Part shown: positions 19,220 to 29,205 of the stretch, one piece after another
Position numbering within the stretch: position 1 is the first letter of the stretch
How the letters are laid out: each line of letters begins with the position of its first letter
From: Eubacteriales bacterium
GTDB lineage: Bacteria; Bacillota; Clostridia; Oscillospirales; CAG-272
DNA length: 64,000 nt
Assembly: GCA_045580835.1 (NCBI GenBank)
Contig: JAZNOM010000024.1
Coordinates: 410-64,409 of the forward strand
Direction: 5' to 3'
Notes under the pieces: model-generated
Database searches by the model: none
Seen by the model: only the letters and a program-made list of their open reading frames with translations
What the model was told of the DNA's origin: nothing
Program-made: the position numbers and the translations under genes

Positions 19220-19450
19220 TTACGCAACTATAAATGCAGCAAGCGCTTCCTTAAGTGCATCAGCGTTATCGGTATGAGCGGTGAGCTGAATTGCATTCAT
19301 AAGGTCAAGGCTGAAAATACCCATAATAGATTTTGCATCTACTACATATCTTCCCGAAGAAAGATCAACATCGTAATCAAGTCTTGTAACGATTTCAACA
19401 AACTTGCGAATATCTTCGATAGTCGAAAGCTTAATGTTAAAAGTGTTCAT
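19220..19450 (-). CDS. HPr-family (Crh-like) small protein lacking the His-15 phosphorylation site
   Basis: 76 aa. VDAKSIMGIFSLDL aligns to the HPr Ser-46 region (KSIMG). The region equivalent to GIHARPA reads TIEDIRKF, with no His. Confidence 0.6.
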   Translation of the reverse strand: MNTFNIKLSTIEDIRKFVEIVTRLDYDVDLSSGRYVVDAKSIMGIFSLDLMNAIQLTAHTDNADALKEALAAFIVA

Positions 19451-19512
19451 TGGTTTATCTCCTTTACAAATGATATTTTACACTATAATTATACTTAAAA
19501 ATCGGCGTAATG

Positions 19513-22182
19513 TCAACCCTCATAATCGGTATTCTCTGCACCTGACGGAGGTATGGTTTCAGCAGGTGCAGTACTTTCATCCGCTGTTGTTGTTTCGGCG
19601 GGCGGATTAAATCTTGAAAAATCATAGTTTTCGTAGCTGAAACGGTTAAACTGGTTTTCAACGTTTGAAGAGCCTACATAAGTGCCTGACGGAATTGAAT
19701 TGATGAAGAACGGAACTCCCCACCATCCTCCCGGTCGAACATTGTACGGCAAGTCGCGATATACATACTGCGCATCTTCAACAGTAATCTGTTTCGGGAA
19801 CGAACGTGTATTCTCGCGAATCAACGCAACCTTATAGGTACTTGTTGAATACTCATGCGCAAACGCCTTAGTAGTACTATCATAGTCAACGATAATATGA
19901 GTTGTGCAAGGCGTGGAAGGACGAGTGCTTCTGGTGAAATAGCCAATGTCGGTTCTGTCACCGCGCGCATCCAGCGAGCATGCCGCCGAAAGTTTATGAC
20001 CGGAATCTTTACAGTATTCACATTCTATAACGTCTGCAGGCTTTTTATCGTCAAATGTTTTTAGCACTATATCGTCGGTGTCGCTGACATTTGCGGCAGC
20101 AATAATGTCCTCATGCAGTTTGGTCATTACAAGGTCAAAAAGCTTTACAGAAGGGTTTGATACGTTTTCACCGATAACCTTGGGGTAAGAATATCCGTAC
20201 CATGCCGCACCTACATAATATGGAGTGTAGCCTACAAACCAACGGTCATAGTCGTTACCGGCAGTACCGGTTTTACCTGCTACATCAACACTTTGACGAA
20301 GCGAAATGCGTCTTGCGGTTCCTTCTTTGGCATTAACTACATTGTACATCATTTTAGTCATAATATACGCAGTCTGTTCACTGAACACGATGCTCTGCTG
20401 CTCGGAGCCGTATGTGCCTCCCTCATTAGAAAGCAGCACATTTCCCTCGCTATCCTCAACTCTTAAATAAGAGTTGCACTTTGAATACTTACCGCTGTTT
20501 GCAAATGCAGTATATGCAGCCGCCATGTCGCGGACAGTCACGCCGTAGTTAAGCTGACCGAGCGCAAGCGCTGCAAGGCCTTTATCGGTATAACCGAGAC
20601 CGTCTGCTGTTTCGCCGTATTCGATAAGATAATCAAATCCGAGTCTTTTTGTGAGATATTCAAAGGACACGTCTATTGTGAGGTCCTGAAGAACTTTCAT
20701 AGCAACAGTATTGACAGAACGCTCTATCGCGCTGTTAACAGTAGTAAGACCACGATAGGTATCGGGGAGATTTTTAGGATAAGGTTTTTCGCCATTAAAC
20801 ATAAGCGGTGTGTCATCGTATACCGTGCCGTATGTGATAATTCCCTCTTCAAGCGCAGGACCGTATACAGAAAGCGGCTTTAGTGACGAGCCGGGCGCAC
20901 GCTTGGTTTGCGTTGCATAATTCAAAATAAGATTACCGCGCTTTTCGCCTCTGCCTCCAACAACTCCGAGTAAGTCACCGGTATATGGGTCTACTACCGC
21001 CATTGCCGCTTCCGCAGGAATACCGCCCGTGTGCTCGGGGAAACTGCTTTCGTCCTCAAAGACCTCTTCCATTGCCTTTTGAACATCGGGGTCTACGTTT
21101 GCAATAATAGTAAGGCCGCCGGAATTAATCATGTTGCTTGCAACCTGCTTTGAGAGGCCATATTTTTCCATAAGGTCCTCGCGCACATCAACAATTAGCG
21201 TATCAATATACCAAGAATTAACCTTATCGGTATCTATCGTCTGCTCTATATCGGTATCGTTTGAACCGCGAAGTTCAAGTTCCGCATCTATTGCGGCGTT
21301 GTATTCTTCATCGGATATAAGTTTTTGGTCATGCATCTCATAAAGAACGTCGTTGCGACGTTTTTTATTATTATCCGGATTTTGAATCGGGTCAAACTTT
21401 GTGGGGTATTTAGTAATCGATGCAAGTGCCGCACACTCAACCAAGGTCAGGTCTTTTAAATCCTTGCCGAAATAAGTTTCTGCCGCGGCGCGAACACCGA
21501 TACAATTTTGCGAAAGCGGAACGATGTTAAGATAAAGCTCAAGAATCTGGTCTTTCTCCATCGTTTTTTCAAGATTTAGTGCGCGGAGAATTTCCTCAAC
21601 CTTACGCTGAATTGTCGCCTCATTATCGCCTGTTACATTCTTGATAAGCTGCTGTGTAATTGTAGAACCGCCGTAAGACGATTCGTCAAATCCGATAAAG
21701 AAATTAAGCACGGCTCCGGCAGTTCTGCGCCAGTCAACACCGTCATGCGTTCTGAAGCGCTTGTCCTCAATTGCGATAAACGCATTTTCAAGGTTATCGG
21801 GGATTTCGTCAATTGATGCCCAAAGACTGTTTTCGGTGCCGTAAATCTTTTTAAGCACCACGAGCTCGGCATTTGGGTCGCGACTTTGACGAGCCTCTGC
21901 ATCCTCGTAATCATAATAATAAATTGTGGTGGTTTGCTCACTTGTTGAGGTGTAGAAAAGCATTTGGTCAACAGTGGGATCAATGTTCTCGCTGACATAG
22001 ATTGCAAACGCGCAACCTACAATTATCCCTGCGATAAGACAAACCAAAAGCACAGTGAGAAGCGAGCATATTATATAGCCAAGGATTTTTCCGACTATAC
22101 TAAAGCCTTTTTTCACCGAGGGCTTTTGACGCTTGAAGCTATCAATTTTCAGTTGTGTAAAATCATTTTCTTTATTCTTCAC
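19513..22182 (-). CDS. Class A penicillin-binding protein (PBP1A type, transglycosylase + transpeptidase) with a roughly 175-aa C-terminal extension
   Basis: N-terminal TM helix. GT51 motifs IAIEDKRF..H.G.D and GGSTITQQL. Transpeptidase motifs SSLKP (SxxK) and KTGT. GTG start after AAAGAGG. Confidence 0.93.
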   Translation of the reverse strand: MKNKENDFTQLKIDSFKRQKPSVKKGFSIVGKILGYIICSLLTVLLVCLIAGIIVGCAFAIYVSENIDPTVDQMLFYTSTSEQTTTIYYYDYEDAEARQSRDPNAELVVLKKIYGTENSLWASIDEIPDNLENAFIAIEDKRFRTHDGVDWRRTAGAVLNFFIGFDESSYGGSTITQQLIKNVTGDNEATIQRKVEEILRALNLEKTMEKDQILELYLNIVPLSQNCIGVRAAAETYFGKDLKDLTLVECAALASITKYPTKFDPIQNPDNNKKRRNDVLYEMHDQKLISDEEYNAAIDAELELRGSNDTDIEQTIDTDKVNSWYIDTLIVDVREDLMEKYGLSKQVASNMINSGGLTIIANVDPDVQKAMEEVFEDESSFPEHTGGIPAEAAMAVVDPYTGDLLGVVGGRGEKRGNLILNYATQTKRAPGSSLKPLSVYGPALEEGIITYGTVYDDTPLMFNGEKPYPKNLPDTYRGLTTVNSAIERSVNTVAMKVLQDLTIDVSFEYLTKRLGFDYLIEYGETADGLGYTDKGLAALALGQLNYGVTVRDMAAAYTAFANSGKYSKCNSYLRVEDSEGNVLLSNEGGTYGSEQQSIVFSEQTAYIMTKMMYNVVNAKEGTARRISLRQSVDVAGKTGTAGNDYDRWFVGYTPYYVGAAWYGYSYPKVIGENVSNPSVKLFDLVMTKLHEDIIAAANVSDTDDIVLKTFDDKKPADVIECEYCKDSGHKLSAACSLDARGDRTDIGYFTRSTRPSTPCTTHIIVDYDSTTKAFAHEYSTSTYKVALIRENTRSFPKQITVEDAQYVYRDLPYNVRPGGWWGVPFFINSIPSGTYVGSSNVENQFNRFSYENYDFSRFNPPAETTTADESTAPAETIPPSGAENTDYEG

Positions 22183-22273
22183 GCTGAACCTCTTTATAAT
22201 TTTGCTACGGGTAAAGTATACTTCACCACGGATTGCAAATAATATTCACAATAAAACCAAAGGAATTTGCTAT

Positions 22274-22645
22274 ATGAAGTTTAAATTTTTTAATACAAAA
22301 GTTATATTTTGGGGTATTGCCGCCATTTTGTTTATTATCGGATGCGTAAACATAACGCTGACAAGCATTGTGTCAAGGCAACTAAAAAACGCATCGGCAT
22401 ATGCTACCGAAACATCCGCAGTTCAAGTAATGGCTGCGCCTAAACTCCCAAGCGAGGTTATATACCGACTTTACGAATGCGGCGGTAAAATCGGCATATA
22501 CGACGCTAAAACAGATATTCTGATTGATATCATAGATGTACTTGCATCAACACTTCCTAAATCCGACAGATTGGCACTGAAGAAAGGAATTGACATCTAT
22601 ACCTTCGCTGACCTTGCCAAAATTATTGACGATTTTTCATCCTGA
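22274..22645 (+). CDS. Small membrane-anchored hypothetical protein
   Basis: 123 aa from ATG 22274 (RBS AAAGGAA). One N-terminal TM helix (VIFWGIAAILFIIGCV). Soluble C-terminal domain YECGGKIGIYD...LPKSDRLALKKGI..F..L..IIDDFSS. I could not assign a family with confidence. Confidence 0.55.
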   Translation: MKFKFFNTKVIFWGIAAILFIIGCVNITLTSIVSRQLKNASAYATETSAVQVMAAPKLPSEVIYRLYECGGKIGIYDAKTDILIDIIDVLASTLPKSDRLALKKGIDIYTFADLAKIIDDFSS

Positions 22646-25600
22646 CTATTTTTCAACAACATTGTCGTTGCCAAGCAAAGCACGAAGCGAATTTAAAAGC
22701 GTGTCGGAAGGTGCCGCCTTGTATCCGACAGCTTTTACATATTTGGCAGTTTGCATATCAAAAAGTACAACCTCGGCGACGCCGTTTGATTTTCCGATTA
22801 ACGCAAGCGCCTTTTCGGTCACCTTATCTCTAATCGACGGAACACGAAGATAGAGTGTTTTCGACTTTTCACTCTCATATCGGTCGTTTGGTATAAGCGG
22901 TGTGCAACTGTTTAAGAGAATTTTCGGCGGCTCATCGTCCTTTATAGAAATCGTACCGCCGATTACCACGGCACTTTCTACAAACAACATGCCGGCGAAA
23001 CGTTCAAACTGTTTTGAAAACACCACGGCTTCCATCTCGCCCGTTTTGTCCTCCACACTTACAAACGCCATATTATCACCGTTTCGTGTAGTTTTTACAG
23101 TGCGCTTTGTTATAATTCCGCAAAGCTTAACGGCCTGTTTGTCACGGTATCTCCCCTGCTGTTCACCATCTTCAAACGAGGCGAAAATTTCGGAAATATT
23201 ATCCGCTTTTACATAGTCGATATGCTTTGAATAATCGTTTAATATATGTCCTGAAAAATACATTCCCGAACACTCTTTTTCAAGCATTAGCTTTTCGCGC
23301 AAGGTAAACTCGGGGATATTTGGATAGTCAAACTTAACCGGCGCAAAGTTTGCACCGTCGTCAACCATTGAGAAAAAGTCAATCTGCCCGTCAATCTCGA
23401 AGCGGCGCTTACTCTGCGCGTTTTCGATTATTTTCTCGTATGTGGCTAGCAGTTGGCTGCGATATACGCCAAGGTTGTCAAATGCACCGCTTTTTATCAG
23501 TGATTCAACCTGCCGCTTATTGAGGTCATAACCGCCCATTCGTACGATAAAGTCCTCAAAACTCTTAAAGGCGCCGTTTATCGCCCTATCTGTAATTATC
23601 TGGTCAACAAACAGTCTGCCGACGCCTTTAAGTGCAAGCAAACCAAAGCGGATAACGCCGTCTTTTGCGCCGAAAGTTGCAATACTTTCGTTTATATCGG
23701 GCGGAAGCACCGAAATCTTTGCCTTGGTACATTCGCTGATATACTCGGCGGTTTTACCAAAGTCGCCAAGCACGCTTGTAAGGAGTGCCGCCATGTATTC
23801 CGCCATATAATGCGCCTTGAGGTATGCGGTTTGATATGTCACAACTGCATAAGACGCGGCGTGGCTCTTGTTGAACGCATAGCTAGCAAAGCTAGCCATG
23901 TCCTCAAAAAGCTCTTCGGCATCGCCTGCGCTCATTCCACGCGAAGTTGCACCTGCTACAAACGCAGTGCGTTCTGCCTCCATGACAGAGGCTTTTTTCT
24001 TTGACATAGCACGGCGCACAATGTCGGCTTTGCCAAGCGTGTAGCCTGCGATTTCACAGAAAATCTGCATTACCTGCTCTTGGTACACGATACATCCGTA
24101 GGTTTTAGACAGTATGCGCTCCAATGCCGGATGTTTATACTCGGTTTTCTGTCTGCCGTGACGGCGCTCAATATACATGGGGATTGAGTCCATAGGACCG
24201 GGGCGGTAAAGCGCGATAGCCGCGATTACATCGTCAATCTTCTCTGGTCGAAGCTCACATAAAACCTGCTTCATCCCTTTGGATTCAAGCTGAAACACGC
24301 CGCCCGTCTGTCCCGCCGATATAAGCGAATATGTCGCCTTATCGTCAAACGGGATTTTATGAATATCAAAGTCGGGATGCGTCTTTTTTATAAGCTCCTC
24401 CGCCTCTGCAATGATTGTTAAATAACGAAGTCCGAGAAAGTCAAACTTTACAAGTCCAAGTTCGGCAACGGTGTCCATATCAAACTGCGTTACCGTAGTG
24501 TCGCCGTTTGTAGCAAGAGGAACATAAGAAGATACCTCTTTGTCGGTAATTACAACGCCTGCTGCATGTGTTGAAGCATGGCGCGGCATACCTTCAAGTG
24601 CTCTTGCGGTATCAAGCAGACGCGCGATATTTGCATCGCTCTCGTAAAGTTCCTTCAAATCCTTGCGGCGCATTGCGCCAGCAAGCGTAACACCCATTTC
24701 GCGCGGCACAAGATTTGCAACCTTGTCCACCTCCGAGTAGCTCATGCCGAGCGCTCTGCCAACGTCACGGATAGCGGCGCGCGCCGCCATTGTACCAAAC
24801 GTAACTATCTGTGCAACATGGTCTGCGCCGTATCGCTCTGATACATACTTTATTACCGCGTCGCGGTGTTCATCGCAAAAGTCAACGTCTATATCGGGCA
24901 TGCTGACTCTCTCGGGATTTAAGAAACGCTCAAACAGCAGGTCAAATTTGAGTGAGTCAACATCGGTTATACCGATTAGATAGTTTACAAGGCTTCCGGC
25001 TCCCGAACCACGCCCTGGTCCTACCGCAATACCGTGTTCCTTTGCATATGTCACATAGTCGCACACAATAAGAATATAGTCGGTAAATCCCATTTTATCA
25101 ATAACCGACAACTCGTACTCGGCGCGCTTTATATAGTCCTCTTTTGAATATTCTTCAAAAGTGATATAGCCTTTTTTGCATTTTTCTTCGAGTCCTGCAA
25201 AAGCATACTCGCGCAAAAGCAAGGCAGGATTTCGATTTTCTATTGAAGAAATCTTCGGCAAATAGAGATTGCCGAATGAAAAGTCAAAATCGCACATATC
25301 CGCAATTTTAACGGTATTTTCAAGTGCCTCGGGTATATCGCCGAAAAGTTTTTCCATTTCAAGGGTGCTTTTATAGTAAAACTCATCGGTTTCAAAACCA
25401 ATCGGCTTGCCGTCAGCAAGTGTGTTTCCCGTTTGAATGCACATCATTACCGCTTGATATTCGCTATCAAGCTTTCTTAAATAATGCACATCGTTTGTGG
25501 CAACCAAAGGCAAGTTCATTTCGCGAGCCATTTTTACAAGCTCTACATTGACCTCTTTTTGCTCGGGTATGCCGTGGTTTTGAACTTCCAAATAGAAGTT

Positions 25601-26104
25601 ACCTTTGCCGAAAATCTCGGAAAGAAGCTTTGCGTATTCCCTTGCACCAGCATAATCCCCGCTTGTAATTGCACGCGGAATGTAGCCCGCAAGACATGCT
25701 GAAAGTGCAACAAGTCCCTCGGAATAATTTTTTAAAAGTTCAATATCAACACGCGGCTTTTGATAAAAGCCCTCAGTAAAGGATTTTGAAACCAGTTTAC
25801 AAAGATTTTCATACCCTTTTTTATTCTTGCAAAGCAATACAAGATGATTTCCTGAGAGGTCACGCCTGCCGTCCTTATCAAATCTTGTGCGCTCGGCGAC
25901 ATAAACCTCGCAACCGATGATGGGCTTAATTCCCTCTTCTTTGCAAGCCTTGTAAAACGCAACCGCGCCGTACAAAACGCCGTGGTCGGTAATGGCAACG
26001 GCACTGTGCCCCGCCGACTTTGCCATCTTTGGAATGTCGGCAATGCGGCATGCACCGTCAAGCAAGCTGTATTCACTATGCAAATGCAAATGTACAAAAT
26101 CCAT
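22646..26104 (-). CDS. dnaE: DNA polymerase III alpha subunit (DnaE type, N-terminal PHP domain)
   Basis: MDFVHLHLHSEYSLLDG, ITDHG.LYG, PDIDVDF, GLVKFDFLGL, FNKSHAA.YA. The true start is probably ATG 26104, 8 nt after TAAGGAG. ORF 26113 begins at GTG. Confidence 0.96.
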   Translation of the reverse strand: MDFVHLHLHSEYSLLDGACRIADIPKMAKSAGHSAVAITDHGVLYGAVAFYKACKEEGIKPIIGCEVYVAERTRFDKDGRRDLSGNHLVLLCKNKKGYENLCKLVSKSFTEGFYQKPRVDIELLKNYSEGLVALSACLAGYIPRAITSGDYAGAREYAKLLSEIFGKGNFYLEVQNHGIPEQKEVNVELVKMAREMNLPLVATNDVHYLRKLDSEYQAVMMCIQTGNTLADGKPIGFETDEFYYKSTLEMEKLFGDIPEALENTVKIADMCDFDFSFGNLYLPKISSIENRNPALLLREYAFAGLEEKCKKGYITFEEYSKEDYIKRAEYELSVIDKMGFTDYILIVCDYVTYAKEHGIAVGPGRGSGAGSLVNYLIGITDVDSLKFDLLFERFLNPERVSMPDIDVDFCDEHRDAVIKYVSERYGADHVAQIVTFGTMAARAAIRDVGRALGMSYSEVDKVANLVPREMGVTLAGAMRRKDLKELYESDANIARLLDTARALEGMPRHASTHAAGVVITDKEVSSYVPLATNGDTTVTQFDMDTVAELGLVKFDFLGLRYLTIIAEAEELIKKTHPDFDIHKIPFDDKATYSLISAGQTGGVFQLESKGMKQVLCELRPEKIDDVIAAIALYRPGPMDSIPMYIERRHGRQKTEYKHPALERILSKTYGCIVYQEQVMQIFCEIAGYTLGKADIVRRAMSKKKASVMEAERTAFVAGATSRGMSAGDAEELFEDMASFASYAFNKSHAASYAVVTYQTAYLKAHYMAEYMAALLTSVLGDFGKTAEYISECTKAKISVLPPDINESIATFGAKDGVIRFGLLALKGVGRLFVDQIITDRAINGAFKSFEDFIVRMGGYDLNKRQVESLIKSGAFDNLGVYRSQLLATYEKIIENAQSKRRFEIDGQIDFFSMVDDGANFAPVKFDYPNIPEFTLREKLMLEKECSGMYFSGHILNDYSKHIDYVKADNISEIFASFEDGEQQGRYRDKQAVKLCGIITKRTVKTTRNGDNMAFVSVEDKTGEMEAVVFSKQFERFAGMLFVESAVVIGGTISIKDDEPPKILLNSCTPLIPNDRYESEKSKTLYLRVPSIRDKVTEKALALIGKSNGVAEVVLFDMQTAKYVKAVGYKAAPSDTLLNSLRALLGNDNVVEK

Positions 26105-26122
26105 TGCCCACACTCCTTACTT

Positions 26123-27004
26123 TTAAATTTCTTTGGATTTTATGTTATCCGAATATGTACAGATTTTTTCAAGTCGGTGATAGAGCCCCGACTTGCTAAC
26201 CGCCGGTGTCATGGTTTGCCCAAGCTGAACAAGCGACATTTCGGGATACTTTAGGCGCATTGTCGCGGTATATTCAAGCTCGGGACCAAGTTCTGACAGT
26301 CTGCCACGCTCACTCAAAAACTTGATTGCAGCAAGATGCTTTGCCGCGGCAGTTGTTGAGCGCGCTATATTACTTGTTTCGCAATTGGTGCGTCGGTTAA
26401 TATCGTTTTTGATTTCATGGCTGATTTTTGCATTCATAAAACCAAACGCCTGATTGTTGGCACCGATGAAAAACAAAAAATCGCTGATTGTGCCGCTGTT
26501 TTTGGAATAAACACTGCTTTTGCCAAGTCTGTTTGACACTTTAACTTCAAATCCTGCATCTGCACACAAATTGCAGATAGCAGAAAGTTCACTCACAGTA
26601 CGACTTTTAAGCTCCAAGTGATAGTCTTTTTTGAGCGGCTCGCTAACAGTTCCGCCACCGACAAATGCACCGCGCAAAAATGCAGATACACACTCATCGC
26701 ATTTGAGAAGCTTTGTTGTATCAAGAGTTTTTTTCAAAAACTCGGCTGCACTTTTTGAAGTAAATTGCAACAAAAGTATATCCTTGTTGCCCGTTTTCTC
26801 CGGCACGGTTTCTCTGCCGAACTGTTCTTTAATATAGTGAGAGCAAATCTCGGCAACTGCTTCGCTTTCAACATATAGCGAAACTTCATTGTCGCAGGAC
26901 TCCGCCCCAAAAAGCAATATTCCAAGTATAAATGCGCGGCGGCAACACGGCTTTTTCATTGGAAATGCCGCCGCTTCAATCTTTGCTTCTAAAGAAAACG
27001 ACAT
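26123..27004 (-). CDS. whiA: DNA-binding protein WhiA
   Basis: MSFSLEAKIE, LRGAFVGGG..S.P.K.YHLE, degenerate LAGLIDADG-like core plus C-terminal HTH (SKSGLYHRL). Confidence 0.9.
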   Translation of the reverse strand: MSFSLEAKIEAAAFPMKKPCCRRAFILGILLFGAESCDNEVSLYVESEAVAEICSHYIKEQFGRETVPEKTGNKDILLLQFTSKSAAEFLKKTLDTTKLLKCDECVSAFLRGAFVGGGTVSEPLKKDYHLELKSRTVSELSAICNLCADAGFEVKVSNRLGKSSVYSKNSGTISDFLFFIGANNQAFGFMNAKISHEIKNDINRRTNCETSNIARSTTAAAKHLAAIKFLSERGRLSELGPELEYTATMRLKYPEMSLVQLGQTMTPAVSKSGLYHRLEKICTYSDNIKSKEI

Positions 27005-27933
27005 TACTTTTCTCCGACAAAACGGATTTCACATTCAAGCATAACGCCGAACATGGAATTAACCTTTTCTTTTATAATTTCGATAAGTGAAAGAACATCG
27101 GCAGCAGTTGCATCACCTGTATTTACGATAAATCCTGCGTGCTTGGGCGAAACCATTGCGCCGCCTACGCTTGTGCCTTTAAGTCCCGCATCCTCAATAA
27201 GCTTGCCTGCAAAATGTCCCTCCGGGCGCTTAAAAACGCTGCCTGCACTTGGATATTCAAGAGGTTGCTTTTCGCGGCGAGCCTTTAAGTGCTCGTTCAT
27301 CTTTGCTTTTATCTCATCGGGATTTCCTTTTGTGAGTTTGAACGTAGCAGAAAGAACGATGTAGTTTTTATCCATGAAAATACTGTGGCGGTAGTCAAAA
27401 TTTTGCGCCGCATTATCAAGCACCAAAACCTCGCCGCTGTCAATATCATAGCATTCGGTGGAATGTATGATATCCGACATCTGTCCACCGTAAGCACCTG
27501 CATTCATATAAACCGCGCCGCCGACAGTCCCCGGGATACCGTTTGCGAACTCTGCGCCGCTGAGTCCTGCGGTGCTTGCATTTGTGCCTATGCTGCCAAG
27601 CAAGCAACCGCATCCTGCAGTAAGATACTCGCCGTCAATGGTTACTTTGCGCATATCTGTTGTCACAAAGACAACGCCTCTAAAACCTTTATCCGAAGCA
27701 AGCGTGTTGCTGCCGTTACCAATTACCAAATAAGGTACGCCAAGCTTTTTGGCAGTATTAACGCCAAAAACAAATGCTTCAGAATCGGCAGGATACACCG
27801 CAAGGTCGGCATTGCCGCCAATGCGGAAGGATGTAATGCGCTTCATCGGGTAATCGGGGCGAATGAAAAACTTTCTTTTGCCTTTCTCCTCCGAATAACC
27901 GTTTAGCGTATTCTCAAAAATTTGTAAAGACAT
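27004..27933 (-). CDS. murB: UDP-N-acetylenolpyruvoylglucosamine reductase
   Basis: FRIGGNADL, V.GNGSN.L, G.PGTVGGAVYMNAGAYG, SAGSVFKRP. TAATG overlap with whiA. Confidence 0.95.
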   Translation of the reverse strand: MSLQIFENTLNGYSEEKGKRKFFIRPDYPMKRITSFRIGGNADLAVYPADSEAFVFGVNTAKKLGVPYLVIGNGSNTLASDKGFRGVVFVTTDMRKVTIDGEYLTAGCGCLLGSIGTNASTAGLSGAEFANGIPGTVGGAVYMNAGAYGGQMSDIIHSTECYDIDSGEVLVLDNAAQNFDYRHSIFMDKNYIVLSATFKLTKGNPDEIKAKMNEHLKARREKQPLEYPSAGSVFKRPEGHFAGKLIEDAGLKGTSVGGAMVSPKHAGFIVNTGDATAADVLSLIEIIKEKVNSMFGVMLECEIRFVGEK

Positions 27934-27951
27934 AAATTTCGTCCTTTTAAA

Positions 27952-29181
27952 TTAGATTGTGAAACGGTGGAAGGTCTTTTTACCCTTCTTAACCACCATA
28001 CCCTCGCCTGCAAATGCATCCTTGTCAAATGCCTTATCAAACGCTTCTACCTTTTCATCAGCCGCGATTACGCCGCCCTGCTGAATAAGTCTGCGTGCTT
28101 CGCCCTTTGAGGGTGCAAGACCGGACACAACAAGCATGTCAATAATAGTGATTTTACCATCGGTAAAGTTATCATCAGTGAGAGTGGTGGAAGGCATATT
28201 TGCAGACACACCGCCATTTGCAAATACTGCCTTTGCAGCAGCAAGTGCCTTTTCCGCCTCTTCCTTACCGTGAACAAGCTCTGTAAGCTCATAGCCGAGT
28301 TTTTCCTTTGCTCGATTGAGATCGCTGCCTTCAAGCTTTTCATATTCTGCAATCTCTTCAAGAGGCATAAATGTGAGCATCTTCATGCACTTGATAACAT
28401 CGGCGTCATCAACATTTCTCCAATACTGGAAGAAGTCGAAGGGACTTGTCTTGTTGGGGTCAAGCCAAACTGCGTTGCCTGCAGTCTTACCCATCTTGTT
28501 ACCGTGAGAGTCGGTAAGCAGAGTAATAGTCATGCAATGAGCATCCTTGCCAAGCTTTTTGCGAATAAGCTCGGTACCGCCGAGCATGTTTGACCACTGG
28601 TCATTGGCGCCGAACTGCATGTTACAACCGTATTCCTTGAAAAGATGATAGAAGTCGTAGCTCTGCATAATCATATAGTTGAATTCAAGGAAAGAAAGCC
28701 CCTTTTCCATACGCTGCTTGTAGCACTCTGCACGAAGCATGTTGTTTACAGAGAAGCATGCACCAACCTCGCGGAGAAGCTCAACGTAGTTGAGGCCAAG
28801 CAGCCAATCTGCGTTGTTAACCATCTGTGCCTTATCGGGACCAAACTCGATAAATCTCTCCATCTGCTTTTTAAAGCATTCTGCGTTGTGGTCAATATCT
28901 TCCTTGGTGAGCATCTTTCTCATATCGGTTCTGCCGGAGGGGTCACCAATCATGGTAGTACCGCCGCCGATAAGTGCAAAAGGACGGTTGCCTGCCATCT
29001 GAAGGCGCTTCATAAGTGTGAGCGCCATGAAGTGGCCTGCAGTAAGGCTGTCTGCGGTGCAGTCAAATCCGATATAGAATGTCGCCTTGCCGGCGTTAAT
29101 CATATCTCTGATTTCGTCCTCATCGGTAAGCTGTGCCAGAAGTCCTCTGGCTTTAAGTTCTTCAAAAAGTGTCATTGCCAT
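27952..29181 (-). CDS. tyrS: Tyrosine--tRNA ligase
   Basis: YIGFDCTADSLTAGH (HIGH-type motif), KMGKTAG (KMSKS-type motif), C-terminal S4 domain. Confidence 0.95.
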   Translation of the reverse strand: MAMTLFEELKARGLLAQLTDEDEIRDMINAGKATFYIGFDCTADSLTAGHFMALTLMKRLQMAGNRPFALIGGGTTMIGDPSGRTDMRKMLTKEDIDHNAECFKKQMERFIEFGPDKAQMVNNADWLLGLNYVELLREVGACFSVNNMLRAECYKQRMEKGLSFLEFNYMIMQSYDFYHLFKEYGCNMQFGANDQWSNMLGGTELIRKKLGKDAHCMTITLLTDSHGNKMGKTAGNAVWLDPNKTSPFDFFQYWRNVDDADVIKCMKMLTFMPLEEIAEYEKLEGSDLNRAKEKLGYELTELVHGKEEAEKALAAAKAVFANGGVSANMPSTTLTDDNFTDGKITIIDMLVVSGLAPSKGEARRLIQQGGVIAADEKVEAFDKAFDKDAFAGEGMVVKKGKKTFHRFTI

Positions 29182-29205
29182 TTCTCCTAAATTTTATGTA
29201 TATTT

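Noticed and set aside
29182-29205. Expected T-box leader upstream of tyrS.
   Set aside because: Only 24 nt separate the recN stop and the tyrS start, so a T-box of about 200 nt cannot be present.
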